Made by a program: the position numbers and the translations under genes. Below the pieces are notes generated by a model that was not told the origin of the DNA, searched no databases, and was given only the letters and a program-made list of their open reading frames with translations. Of a DNA stretch of 64,000 bases, positions 12,077 to 23,755 are shown piece by piece. How positions within the stretch are numbered: the stretch's first letter is position 1; every line of letters starts with the position of its first letter. The DNA lies in assembly GCF_001194135.2 (NCBI RefSeq), contig NC_068987.1:69918235-69982234 (forward strand), read 5' to 3'. The DNA is from Octopus bimaculoides. Taxonomy: Eukaryota.

Positions 12077-13358
12077 AGGAGAGAGGACTAGAAAATGTAG
12101 TGAGCAAAGAAGAGAGATGTAGTTAGATGGAGTGAATGAATGAGGTGAGAGGTAGTTTCAATTTTCTGTATCCAATCTAGGATAGAATATTAAGTAGACG
12201 TTTACAGTCTATAGTGTGGATATAATTTTACCGCGGCCAATGTGTCTCTATTCGTTGCCATCTTTTATATTTCTCTTCTTACCATTACTGTTCTGAATTC
12301 TATCAGTTCTGCCATTTATCAACAATCCATACCAATCTCTATATTATATACTCCATACACATACTTTTGTTCATAATTTCCCATTCATGATGTAAATGAT
12401 CAAAATTATTCAGTGTAGCATTTACAAAATTCACGCTTTCATTAAATGTTTTCAGGTATTTCTGTGGACTGTCGATGGCAGTGCACACAAGAACCATCAG
12501 ACGTATATTGTATCATCATAACTAGCTATTACATAGACAAAATCGATAATCGATGGGGTCAAATCATGGACAATTTTCTATGCAACGCACACAGTATCCC
12601 CCGAAGCCACCAACAAACAAATAGTGGAATTAGCAACAAATCAAAATCTATCTCCTATACTATTTTAAAACTATTGTTTCGTCAGATCCACTCAGACAAC
12701 ATATATACCAACGCTAGCTATAATATTAAAAGCTTACTGATGTACAAATTAAGTGGGAATTTTAATTTCAATCTACTGATATAGTTTCGTTATGTTCATT
12801 TTTTTGTTTTTACTTCAATCATTACCTGAGACGCAGAAACATGTTGCACAGACTATGTAGAATAAATTGGAACATATAACTATGTGGATAGAAACGTGTA
12901 ACCATGGTAGTGTAGGGTTTTCTAACATGGTACATAATGAAATATATGTACGAATGCTTTGCAAACAATCCGTTGTTAACGTCCGAGGGTTTATTAAAAA
13001 TGCACAAACAAGATCAGCTTTCAACTAGTACTCAAATATATATATGTATATATATATATATATNNNNNNNNNNNNNNNNNNNNNNNNNNNNNNNNNNNNN
13101 NNNNNNNNNNNNNNNNNNNNNNNNNNNNNNNNNNNNNNNNNNNNNNNNNNNNNNNNNNNNNNNNNNNNNNNNNNNNNNNNNNNNNNNNNNNNNNNNNNNN
13201 NNNNNNNNNNNNNNNNNNNNNNNNNNNNNNNNNNNNNNNNNNNNNNNNNNNNNNNNNNNNNNNNNNNNNNNNNNNNNNNNNNNNNNNNNNNNNNNNNNNN
13301 NNNNNNNNNNNNNNNNNNNNNNNNNNNNNNNNNNNNNNNNNNNNNNNNNNNNNNNNNN

Positions 13359-13562
13359 CGTACAGGTATGTGCATACCGACATCCACATGTATGTATAGG
13401 TGCATATCTGGGTACAGGACATTGCAAACAAAACGTAGACGAGAAAACACACAAGCCACATAGAGAACATTCTTCTTCATCAGCTACCCCCGTTTTAACA
13501 CCGGCATTTCGAAGAGCTGGGCAGGACGCATCGCTAAAACGGCACTTCCCATGGACCGCAAA
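13359..13562 (-). repeat. Unclassified interspersed repeat, copy 1 (matches 42765-42971)
   Basis: About 200 bp that align in reverse complement with 42765-42971 at roughly 90% identity by eye. Confidence 0.85.
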
Positions 13563-13712
13563 AAAAAAATTAAACCTTGCCATGGAGGAATGCAGTGGCG
13601 GACAAAAAACAAGACAGGAAAACAAACAGAAAAGGCTATACGGCCAGACGGGAAAAATTATGTGTATGCATACATACATACATACATACATACATACATA
13701 CATACATACATA

Positions 13713-14089
13713 CAGAGTACGGTGAGTAAACTGTCATCTAGATTATGCAAAAATGAAAATAACACTGATATCTCATTTTAACATATATTTACCGAAATTA
13801 CATTAAAATATTTTAAAATACTAAAGAGCAAATTTATTCGATAAAATTACCATTGGCTTCACCCACAGCCTCTAAACGACTTCGGTATCTCCTGCATCTC
13901 TTCTGGACGGTTTCCTTGATTAAGTTGGTGAATGCCGCCATAATTCTTGCCTTCATTTCATCTTGGAGCTTCCGGCGGGTGCAAATGCCAAGCAGCACAG
14001 CATGTCTTTTCCAAATGTCTGGCTGAGTGAATTGCGTCGTGGTGCTGTTTTTCTAACTGACAGTGCCCAACTGACCCTACTATACTGTG
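13713..14089 (-). mobile_element. Internally deleted Tc1/mariner element with transposase C-terminus
   Basis: Minus strand 13970-13840 reads DEMKARIMAAFTNLIKETVQKRCRRYRSRLEAVGEANGNFIE*. Left end is TA|CAGAGTACGGTGAGTAAACTGTC; right end is a degenerate GACAGT..ACTGACCCTACT..CTG..TA. Confidence 0.6.
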
Positions 14090-14924
14090 TAGTCGACAAA
14101 ATATTAAAAAAAAACAATGCACATGCACGACATAAAAAATATAAATGGTGAAACTTTACCTATCGCACCCTGTATATATGTACGTATGTACATATATATA
14201 TATATATATATAAGGTTGAGAAGGGTATTGGATTTAACCAAACCCAGGAGGATACAGGTAATATCGAGTAAGTGCTCTATACCGATTAGTTTGCCCCAGT
14301 CGTTGTATGAACAGGATTGGGTATTATACGTCGTGTATTGTTTTTATATATTTACACACACACACACATATATNNNNNNNNNNNNNNNNNNNNNNNNNNN
14401 NNNNNNNNNNNNNNNNNNNNNNNNNNNNNNNNNNNNNNNNNNNNNNNNNNNNNNNNNNNNNNNNNNNNNNNNNNNNNNNNNNNNNNNNNNNNNNNNNNNN
14501 NNNNNNNNNNNNNNNNNNNNNNNNNNNNNNNNNNNNNNNNNNNNNNNNNNNNNNNNNNNNNNNNNNNNNNNNNNNNNNNNNNNNNNNNNNNNNNNNNNNN
14601 NNNNNNNNNNNNNNNNNNNNNNNNNNNNNNNNTATATATATAAGCTTTCAAAATCTGTTAATAAAGCATTATAGGATATGTGGTGATTTAGACATTGTTG
14701 TACCAAGTTTCAGAGTACTTCATCAATAAGCTCTTTATTTCATGGAACTATTTAAAACTTAAGCCAATGCTTTTTTATTTTATCAAAAATACTCAGCAAG
14801 TACCCTAACATTTATAGTAATTATATAAACTAACTTTTAGCTATACCAATAATTTTCAAAATAATTGATATAAATATATCAAGTCAATATAAATGCATGA
14901 ATAGAATGTAATGATATACAATAT

Positions 14925-16082
14925 AGTAGGCATCCATCGATCTCGAGAGGCCATGGATCTGCACCCAAAGAAATCGTATCAGCTGCTGATGGTGGTGCAT
15001 CATCTATTGTGGCTTTACAGGCCCACATGGAAGTGGCAATCCTGCATACAGCGACTGCATTTGAAAGAGCTCTCCGCCAGTGGTGCTGATGTTTCCTTCC
15101 GTCAAGTGCGCTTTTCTTTGATGGCGGGTACCTGTTTTTCTTCCGCTCTCTTCATTCCCTTTCATAGTATTTGCCTCCAGTATGGGCAATCATTTGCAAC
15201 CTCCTCCCAACCTAGGACGTTCAGATCAAGCGACTCCATATCTCTCTTACAGACATCTTTGAAACGAAGATAAGATCGTCCTCGTGCTCCTGTGCCAGTA
15301 GCCAAATCCCCATTTAGGAGATCTTTTGAGGTCCTTCCGTCTGGCATGCGATGAACATGACCGAGTAAGTGCAAACGACGCTGCTGGAGCAAGATGTGTG
15401 TGTGTTGGGTATCTTGACACAGTTGAGGACTTCAGTGTTGGTGATGTGGTCGGTCCACTTGATGTCCAAGATGCGTATTAAATTGTGAAGATGAAAGACG
15501 TTGAAATGCCGCTCCTGTCTAGAGTAGAGGCTCCACGACTCACTGCCATAAAATAGCGTATTAAGAACGCACGGCTTATAGACAACAACTATGGTGGTTG
15601 CAGCCAGTTTTTTTTTCCGCCAAACTTTCTTTGTGAGCCTGGCAAATATGGAGGATGCTTGTCCGATTTGCCTGTTGATCTCAGGGCCCAGGAAGAGGTC
15701 ATCAGCGATGGTAAAGCAGATACAGGTGAATTGATGAACTATCTCCGGCTTGTAGTTGTTGTTGATGATGGTGTGGGCGTGCTTGACAATTGGACCCATT
15801 ACTTGGGTCTTCTCCAGGCTGATAGTCAAGCTGAATTCCTGACAGGCCTTTGAGATTTTGTCCACGAAGTGCTGCATTTGCTCTTCAGAGTGCGCTGTCA
15901 GTGCTGCATCGTCTGCGAACAGCATTTCTCTGACGAGTATCTAGCGCACCTTGGATTTTGCTTTCAGCCACGACAGACTAGATAGTTTGCTACTTAACCT
16001 GGTGTGGATGTAAACATCATCAGTTGATGTGCCAAATACATGTTTCTGCATGATTGCAAAGAAAATGCCAAATAGTGATATT
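14925..16082 (-). mobile_element. RTE-clade LINE, 5'-truncated (RT C-terminal half, C-terminal Cys/His motif, 3' UTR)
   Basis: SLFGIFFAIMQKHVFG...KAKSKVR*ILVREMLFADDAALTAHSEEQMQ...TISLEKTQVM...RQIGQASSIFARL...LFYGSESW...ILDIKWTDHITNTEVL(fs)QQRRLHLLGHVHRMPDGR...GRSYLRFKDVCKRDM...FKCSRCMQDCHFHVGL*SH. 3' end is TCTCGAGATCGATGGATGCC. Confidence 0.92.
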
Positions 16083-16096
16083 CAGTAGGAGGACTT

Positions 16097-16366
16097 TAAA
16101 GTAACGATTTTTGGCCAACCGAAGAGTTTTTTGCCAGCCGAAGAGTTTTTTGCTAGCCGAAGAGTTATTCTATGCCGACAAAGGGAAATAGCCCTGAAAC
16201 CGTATGGTCCACAAATACTGCTTTGTTCTGGGTGGGGGTGCTCGCCTCCCCTGTTCGAAAATATAGCCACTGTCGTATAGCCAGCTGGAGACGATGTCTC
16301 CTGGAGCTAAACACAGTAGCATGCGTCCCAAAATGGGATTGCCACATTGGCAAAAACTCGTTACTT

Positions 16367-16368
<2 letters not shown>
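16097..16368. mobile_element. 272-bp MITE-like element with 22-bp TIRs and internal 20-bp tandem repeats
   Basis: Left end TAAAGTAACGATTTTTGGCCAA versus reverse complement of right end TGAAGTAACGAGTTTTTGCCAA (19/22). Internal (GCCARCCGAAGAGTTTTTT)-like unit x3 at about 16114-16168. Confidence 0.7.
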
Positions 16369-16408
<40 letters not shown>

Positions 16409-16412
<4 letters not shown>

Positions 16413-16780
16413 TTAGACTGTGACCATGCTGAGGCACCACTTTGAATAATATCTAGTAAAAGGAATCGACTACAGTATTTATTATTTTTAAGTATGGTAT
16501 TTATTGTATTTTTCACTATTGCCAAACTGGTATATTATGGGGCTGCAAACACACCAACACTGGTTGTCAAGTGGTGGTGGTGGGGAGAATTAAAGACAGA
16601 TACATATATGTGCATGACGGGTTTCTTTCTGCTAGTTTCCGTATCTATCAAGACTATACATATGGCCTTGGTCAGCCCGAGAATATCGTAGAAGGCACTT
16701 GCTCAATATACCACTCAGTGGAATAGAATCTGGAACCATATGGTTATGGAATAAATAAACTTCTTACCACACAATCACTT
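16409..16780 (-). mobile_element. tRNA-SINE family A, decayed full-length copy
   Basis: Reverse complement aligns with the head, body and tail of 57372-57790. Confidence 0.75.
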
Positions 16781-16855
16781 TCTTACTCTTGGGAATAAAT
16801 GATTCTGACATTTATCAACTCTTTAAGGAAACATCTATATTTTAACTCCAGAATA

Positions 16856-16898
<43 letters not shown>

Positions 16899-16939
16899 GT
16901 TTTTATCGTAATAACCCAGAAATTTGAGGGTGGGTTAGC

Positions 16940-17050
16940 CAATGAGTATCGAATCTAGTGCATTAGTGCTACTTTATTTTATACACTCGGGAAAGATGAT
17001 GAGTAGAATTGACCTTGGCAGAAGTGAAGTTGAATTCTGAATGTAGACCG
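16940..17050 (-). mobile_element. tRNA-SINE family B fragment
   Basis: GATGATGAGTAGAATTGACCTTGGCAGAAG...TTGAATTCTGAATGTA matches the minus-strand copy at 55570. Confidence 0.5.
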
Positions 17051-17559
17051 CCAGAAGCACCACAAGGCATTTTGTTAGAGGATCTATCGATTCAGCATAC
17101 TCACGACCCTCTATATACATGTCAGATAATAAAGATATATGTCATCGAATTATTATTCATTTACCATCGAACAAATTGCACTCAATTTCGATAGTTTTTC
17201 ATGAGTTCATTTGTAGTTCATACCATCAAGTGATCGATTTCTCTTTGGCAGAGCTTTTATAACATCTATATCACATGCTATTCCGACTGTTGTGATTTCT
17301 CATATAACTACTCAACTTTCCCTTGATACCTTTTACGAGAGCTTTATGTAGCCGATTGACATACTGTCTTACGAGGTTTCAGGTTTTTCACTGAAGTGTT
17401 AAGACACTCGAACTCATCACTCTGTTTCTAAGAAACATTTGAACTAACCTGTTCTCTTGGCGTACGAACGGAACTTATTTTGCGTTTGTAATTAGATTAG
17501 TTCTTTTTCTTCTGATGCATCACTTGTTTATTCGGATTCTAGTTATTTTTCTTCTTTGT

Positions 17560-18250
17560 TATTCCATTTCGCTGTCAGTCAATTCATACATTTCAAGGCT
17601 TATTAATATACAGTCAGAGCTTAACCTTCCAATAATTTTGGACACTATCAATACCCGATGCGAAGCAAAGTATTCATTTTGTCAATTTATTCTAGGATAT
17701 TTCTACTTGATTCTTGCACATGTCTGTTCATTTTTCCCTTCTCAGATATTTCCTATTAATTCTGGTGCTGATGTTATGCTTTCTAACTTTCATTTACTGT
17801 CCAGAATTTTAATAATTGTGTTACTTTAAGTGGTACTAAATTGAAACCTGGAGATATTCAACATTTTGCTCTCCTTGGTGTATATCATTTTCCATTATTT
17901 TTCATTAAAATCAGTTTTGTTCAACTCTGTCTTTGTTAAAATTTCTTTTCCATAAAAATTTTCTACATTTGCGGATTATTCATTGTTCTTGATGTTATTT
18001 TTCGAATTACCTAGAATAGCCATTATTTCAATCAACGATATTATGATGTGCATCGTTATATTGTCGAAAATCCTTGAGCATTTTTCTCCATGCTTCGTTG
18101 GTTAAGAGACTGCATTAAACTGTAAATAGAATCATAAAGTCCTCGTTCTTCTTAATACTCTTAGTGTTAGTACATTGATGTTTTGCTTCCCTATATCCAT
18201 TGTTCCCTCCTCCAGGTTTGCCTCTTTCGGGAGTTTTCCCGAGTAATTTT
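17560..18250 (-). pseudogene. Highly decayed APE endonuclease N-terminus of an RTE-like LINE
   Basis: Minus strand gives MDIGKQNINVLTLR (IGTWNVRTL-like), AILGNSK (ILGISE-like) and KVKL*LYINKP*NV*I (VKL..KP.NI.II-like), with many stops and frameshifts. Confidence 0.4.
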
Positions 18251-18711
18251 TGTTCAGTGATTTTATAGTAGATTTGTATTCTTTTAACAACTGTAATACT
18301 AATATCATATTGCGAATACCCACATTTCTGTCGAATCTAGGGTCACCATTTCCATGAGTGATCACATTTATAACGGTGTTCTGAAGACTACTAAACAAAT
18401 TTCATTGGTATTTTGAAATGTTTAGAATTCTATGTCTTTGCATTGATCCATTTCGCAATATTCAGCTGGATTTTATTTATAAGTAATTTTCGAATCATGT
18501 AAACTGTGTTTCGCTGAAGAATGAGTTTGCGGAAATACTTATTAAGTTACCCACAAAAGAAACTGTTTATCACACACAGCATAAACCCTTTCAATCTTTA
18601 CATGACTCACTAACCACAAATAAGCAACAGGTTGTATAGAAACATCTTTAAATATTTTCAAACTGTTTTGTTGCATCTTTCAGAAACCATGATCTATTTT
18701 GGGGCGTTTGT

Positions 18712-19018
18712 GAAGGTGCATGACTTAGTGGTTACAGTATTTGGTTCACGATTGTAAGGTGATGAGTTCAATTCCCGGCGACGCGTTGTGTACTTGAGTA
18801 AGACACTTTATTTTACGTCGCTAACAAAAATGAGTAGTATCTATATTTCAGATGGCCAGCTTTGTTATGCTCTGTGTCACTCTGAATCTCCCCGAGAACA
18901 ACGTTAAAATTATGCTTGTCTGTGGAGTACTCAACCACTTGTACGTTAATTTCACGAGCAGGCATTTCCGTTCATCAGTTCAACTGGAATCCTCGTCGTT
19001 GTAACCGATGGAGTGCCA
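18712..19018 (+). mobile_element. tRNA-SINE family C
   Basis: A box TGACTTAGTGG and B box GAGTTCAATTCC. The 3' half (CCCCGAGAAC.ACGTTAA...CAACTGGAA.CCTCG.CGT.GTAA.CGA.GGAGTGCCA) is shared with 20297-20680. Confidence 0.8.
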
Positions 19019-20169
19019 GTTACATGGGCGATTCATAGTTTATGTTAATCGATGTTACGAGGATATACGGTAAACTCTTTCCAATTTCTCAATGGCCAAA
19101 ATACACTGAGTAAGATCGAATGACATGAGAACAATTATTAGAAACTTATGCTTAGATGTATAGTTATCTTTGAGGAAATACTTTGCAAAGTGGAAGAACA
19201 TAGGTTTAGAATATCCTCCCCTAATACAAATCGGAAATTAGTTTATATGAGTAAAAGTTGATTGCTTCGTAAAAGGCACTATCTTTGAGTAGAGAATTAA
19301 ATAACTTATCAGTTACGTATCAACACCTGGCAATAATTTGATGCAATCGTAATTAGTTACTGTAAACCCAAAATCCTTCACAAACAAGAAAACTTTATAT
19401 CACATCAGCGGGATATAATTGATTTTGTCCCCCAATTTGGACGATATTATTGCTAACGACGCTTTAATTCCTCGTGTGTTTTCGTGTGTGTGTGTGTGTG
19501 TGTGCGTGCGTGCGTGCGTGTGTGTGAGTGTCAACAGCTTTGCTCTAGCTCAACTCTGAGGAGGCATATGTAATAGTGCAATTTTAGATTGCACTACTAC
19601 TTTTTTAGCAAGCAGTTTGCTGAAACGCACAGAGACACCCCACCCCCACTCATTTACTCTCATTCTGTCATAGAATTGTTACAGTAGTCATCATGCGCTT
19701 CTATGAAAGTTGATGGTGCTAAAATTACCGTGCTGAGTGACAAATTGTGTATGAGGGAAATTGCTTGTTTTGTGGGAAGAGTAATATGCCATGAATCTGG
19801 TAAGAAAAGAACCACAACATATTGTATATACTAGGATTGCTACATCAATATAGATCGAAATATAATATTATGTGCTATGTAGTTAGTGAAACAGTAGCAG
19901 TGCAATAAGATTGCTGTGATAATTGGTGTGCCCCACATAGGTATACAGATAGCTTCCTGTAATTATGGTAAAATTTTAAAGTGAACAATTATAAGGCAAT
20001 TCAAATGGTCGTCTAATTTCCTATAATTTTAAATGTATTACCTCGAATAAAAAAAAAAAAATTTAAACTATCGGGACAGCAAAAATATTTTCGTCGGCCT
20101 TTAACTGACTCAGAATATGAGATTCCCCTTGAGTTCCAGATTCCGAAACTTCCTATTCCGTCGCAGATA

Positions 20170-20720
20170 AGGTGCTGGCTAGCACCGTTGCTCAGATTGA
20201 GCTGACTGAACAGAGTAGCGTCAAAGAAAGTGCCTCGCTGAAGGACACAACAGCCGCCAAGTTTAAGACACAAACGCATTTCCCTACCATCTTGAGTTGG
20301 AGGCGCAATGGCCAAGTGGTTAGGGCAGCGGACTCGTGGTCATAGAATCGCGGTTTCGATTCCCAGACTGGGCGTTGTGAGTGTTTATTGAGCGAAAACA
20401 CCTAAAAGCCCCACGAGGCTCCGGCAGGGGATGGTGGTGAACCCTGCTGTACTCTTCCACCACAACTTCCTCGCACTCTTACTTCCTGTTTCCGTTGTGC
20501 CTGTAATTCAAAGGGTCAGGCTTGTCACACTGTGTAACCCTGAATATCCCCGAGAACTACGTTAAGGGTTACACGTGTCTGTGGAGTGCTCAGACACTTG
20601 CACGTTAATTTCGCGAGCAGGCTGTTCCGTTGATCGGATCAACTGGAACCCTCGACGTCGTAAGCGACGGAGTGCCAACAACCATCTTGAGCCTAATGTG
20701 CTAACAATTAAGCCACGCGC
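20170..20720 (-). mobile_element. Older tRNA-SINE (host) split by the 20297-20680 insertion
   Basis: Removing the insert joins a minus-strand head GCGCGTGGCTTAATTGTTAGCACATTAGGCTCAAGATGGT to AGGGAAATG...GTTGTGTCCTTCAGCGAGGCACTT, similar to the 18712 head. Confidence 0.65.
20297..20680 (+). mobile_element. tRNA-SINE family C variant, full length, with 11-bp TSD
   Basis: Head is GGAGGCGCAATGGCCAAGTGGTTAGGG...GGTTTCGATTCCC. TSD ACCATCTTGAG lies at 20286-20296 and 20681-20691. Confidence 0.88.
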
Positions 20721-21207
20721 ATTTTATTTCCTCCATTAAAGTATTCTTATTAGTACAACTGTAAAAAGTACAATAATTTTAGTTATATATATTTTACTTG
20801 ATGAATTAATTTAACTTTTCAAACTGTTTCTCCTCATGATTAATGCACTTTAATAATCGATTTTATGTATAATTGGGTGAAATTGAAACGAATAATTAAT
20901 TAATACTGTTTGGTTATTAATTTTACAAAAATGTAGCGAAAATTTCTGGACACATTGTATAATGAATGCGAATCGATATTTCATACAGTTCTTACGATTT
21001 CAATATAGTTATAGAACCAAGGTAATCTCAAACTCACAGTACGCCTACTAAAACGTCTAATTAAAAACGGGAAGTAACTACGATATCCTTATATCATAAT
21101 ATTTTGTAGATCGTAGTATGTTTAACAGTTTCTGTATGATGAATAATCTGGAAAATAGGAAATATCTCATATCTCATATCTCATACAAAGAAACGCGCAC
21201 GCACACA

Positions 21208-21238
<31 letters not shown>

Positions 21239-21346
21239 CTACACACACACACACACACACATACACACATACACACTCACAAATGCTCGCATGCATAGAG
21301 CATCCTTTCTTATTGAAAACTTTAGCTTGTAATAAAATATATACAT

Positions 21347-21745
21347 GGCGCAGGAGTAGCTATAGGCGCAGAAGTGCCTGTGTGGTAGGAACTTTACCTC
21401 CAAACCAGATGATTCACGGTTCAGACCCATTTCCACTATAGATTCGGGTCCACTAAAGCCTTGTGAGTGTAATTGATAGATAGAAACTGAAAAGAATTCC
21501 GTCATATATATTTATATATCTATGAATGTTCTTGTGTTTGTGTTTGTCCCCACCACCGCTTAAAAACCGGTGTTGGTGTGATGATGTCTTCCTAAATTAA
21601 CAGTTTCGCAAACGAAACCGATAGAACAAGTGCCAGCTTGTACAAAAATCAATACTGGGATCGATTCATACGACGAGAAGTTATTCTTTAAGGTGGTGCC
21701 CCAGCATACCCGCAGTCTAGTGGCAGAAACACGGAAAGTATAGAA
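21347..21745 (+). mobile_element. tRNA-SINE family A, decayed, with duplicated head
   Basis: GGCGCAGGAGTAGC-TATAGGCGCAG...AAAGCCTTGTGAGTG...GTTTGTCCCC...AAGGTGGTGCCCCAGCAT. Confidence 0.75.
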
Positions 21746-22693
21746 CATGGCATCCTAGGAATCTTAATTAAAAAAAACTTGCTCTGCCCATTTATGTGTG
21801 TGTGTGTTTGTGTGTGTATGTGTATGTGTGTATGTTTGTGTGCGTCTATGTGTGTGTATGTGCTATCTTATTTAAAAGAAAAAAAACGGAACAATTTCCT
21901 AGACGACTGTTTCATATATTGGAAATGTATTAAGGGAAACTATTTCTTTGCAGATTTTAGTAATCACGTGAAAGGACTAAGTCACGCCAAAACTTAGACT
22001 TTAGATTTTACCATCCATCCCATACTAAATATATCAAGACCAATTTTTTAACCTATTATGCACTCAAGTTGACGAGAAAGGCGACAAGTTTCCTTCAGAA
22101 ATAAAAATACCCCAAATCTTAGTAAATCATACCATAATCACAGCAATAAAAATATAATCCCTCGTAATACGGGCAAAGACAAAAATATGAATGCACCATA
22201 TGTGCTCACACTTAATCTTAGAAGCTACAATATTTCAGAAACGATATCTTTCCATTCTATAACGACTCTGTAATTTTAGAAAACTATTGAAAGTGTCAGA
22301 AATTATTAACCAGGGAAAGCTATCAGTAAGTTTTAAAAGACTTAACAAAGATATAATCACAAACTATGGAGGCCTTTTTCTGTTGGACGAGTGAATTAAC
22401 TGAACAGGCAAAAACCAAAGAATTCATAAGTGGGAGGGGTTTAAAAGTCAAAAATACGAATTGCAAATAGGAAAGCGGGTATCACCTCTTCACAATGCAG
22501 TGAGAGTTAAATCAAATCGCCAACCAGCATCTAAATTATTATATTGTCATAGGGTGCACGAGCAAAAATATAAAATATTCATTTCTCAGAAAGGCTTAGT
22601 ATAGTGAAAAACTAGATATTTGTGCAGCTGGAAAATCCCGGTGATGACGCGTCGTCTTGTTTGTAAGTATGTTCTTTTCCCGATTATTATATG

Positions 22694-22841
22694 ACTAGCA
22701 GAGTACCCGGCCTTGCTCGGGATTAAAATGGCATAAGTCTTTTTTTTTTTACTTGTTTCAGTCATGTGACTGCGGCCATGCTGGTGTAATACATACATAT
22801 CCATACATAAATATATCATAGTGAAATTAATAGAAATGAAA

Positions 22842-22898
<57 letters not shown>

Positions 22899-23135
22899 AA
22901 AGTGAAAGTATTAATAGTTTCACTATTAAAACTGAAATTATCTCACATTACAATAGAGGTGTCATTCTGAAATAGTGAAAGAGATGAGATTGCTCCGGGC
23001 TTGCATTAGTTAAGAAGTTGAAAAGTGTTTTTGGCCCATAACACTGCATGGACCCTAAGTAAAGCATGTATAAAATCTGAATAAAAACGGTCTGGTAGTT
23101 CTCGAGTTTTTGTGATGCACACCTACACCTACACT

Positions 23136-23173
<38 letters not shown>

Positions 23174-23204
23174 TTCTCAATCTTATATATACATATATGT
23201 AGAT
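22694..23204 (+). mobile_element. Non-autonomous Helitron-like (Lep1/HINE-type) element carrying a SINE tail and (TA)n
   Basis: 5' end ACTAGCAGAGTACCCGGCCTTGCTCGGG; subterminal AAAATCTGAATAAAAACGGTCTGGTAGTTCTCGAGTTT; (AC)n; 3' end CTTATATATA...TAGAT. This is the layout recalled for such elements. Confidence 0.5.
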
Positions 23205-23674
23205 GAGTTCAAAATCGTGATACGTTGTATCCTTGAGACTGGTACTTCATATTACTTTGCTCAGGTTTACTGGCTGCTGGTGTGGCACTCTCCCTCTTCC
23301 AATTTTCCCATGCTAGATGTGCCGCAGAGTTAAAGGATGTCTGTGTCAGCTTGAGATTACAGAGGCGCCAAAAACAATTAGTAAAACCATCGTACATATT
23401 CCAAACTCTTGGAAGTTCCTTTCGGAATGTTGATCACGAAGATGATGACAAACATTAAATAATAATGAGGCGTTGATTATGATTAGTTACGTCAGTTATC
23501 CGATCTATGACTATCACAATGATTAGTATTATGAAGATAAAGTTAATGATTATGATTTTGTATGGATGATAATGTACGTTACAGCTGCAACTATGAATGA
23601 TCATGATGTTGATAATGATAATGTTAATGCTGACGATGTCAACGATGATGATGATGGTGACGATAACAATGATA

Positions 23675-23755
23675 TTTGTGTTGGTAGTGTTTTGTGTTGG
23701 TAGTGTTTTGTGCTGGTAGTGTTTTGTGTTGATAGTGTTTTGTGTTGGTTGTGGT
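23675..23755. repeat. 16-bp minisatellite (TTTGTGTTGGTAGTGT) x about 5
   Basis: Directly visible tandem units with single substitutions. Confidence 0.9.

Noticed and set aside
16114-16168. 20-bp direct repeats that might suggest a CRISPR-like array (also the 16-bp units at 23675)
   Set aside because: Units are head-to-tail with no spacers, in a eukaryotic context; ordinary tandem repeats.
20299-20375. tRNA-like sequences with A and B boxes (also 18712, 50350-50425, 56336, 57372)
   Set aside because: No complete cloverleaf, and each continues into a SINE body; these are SINE heads, not tRNA genes.
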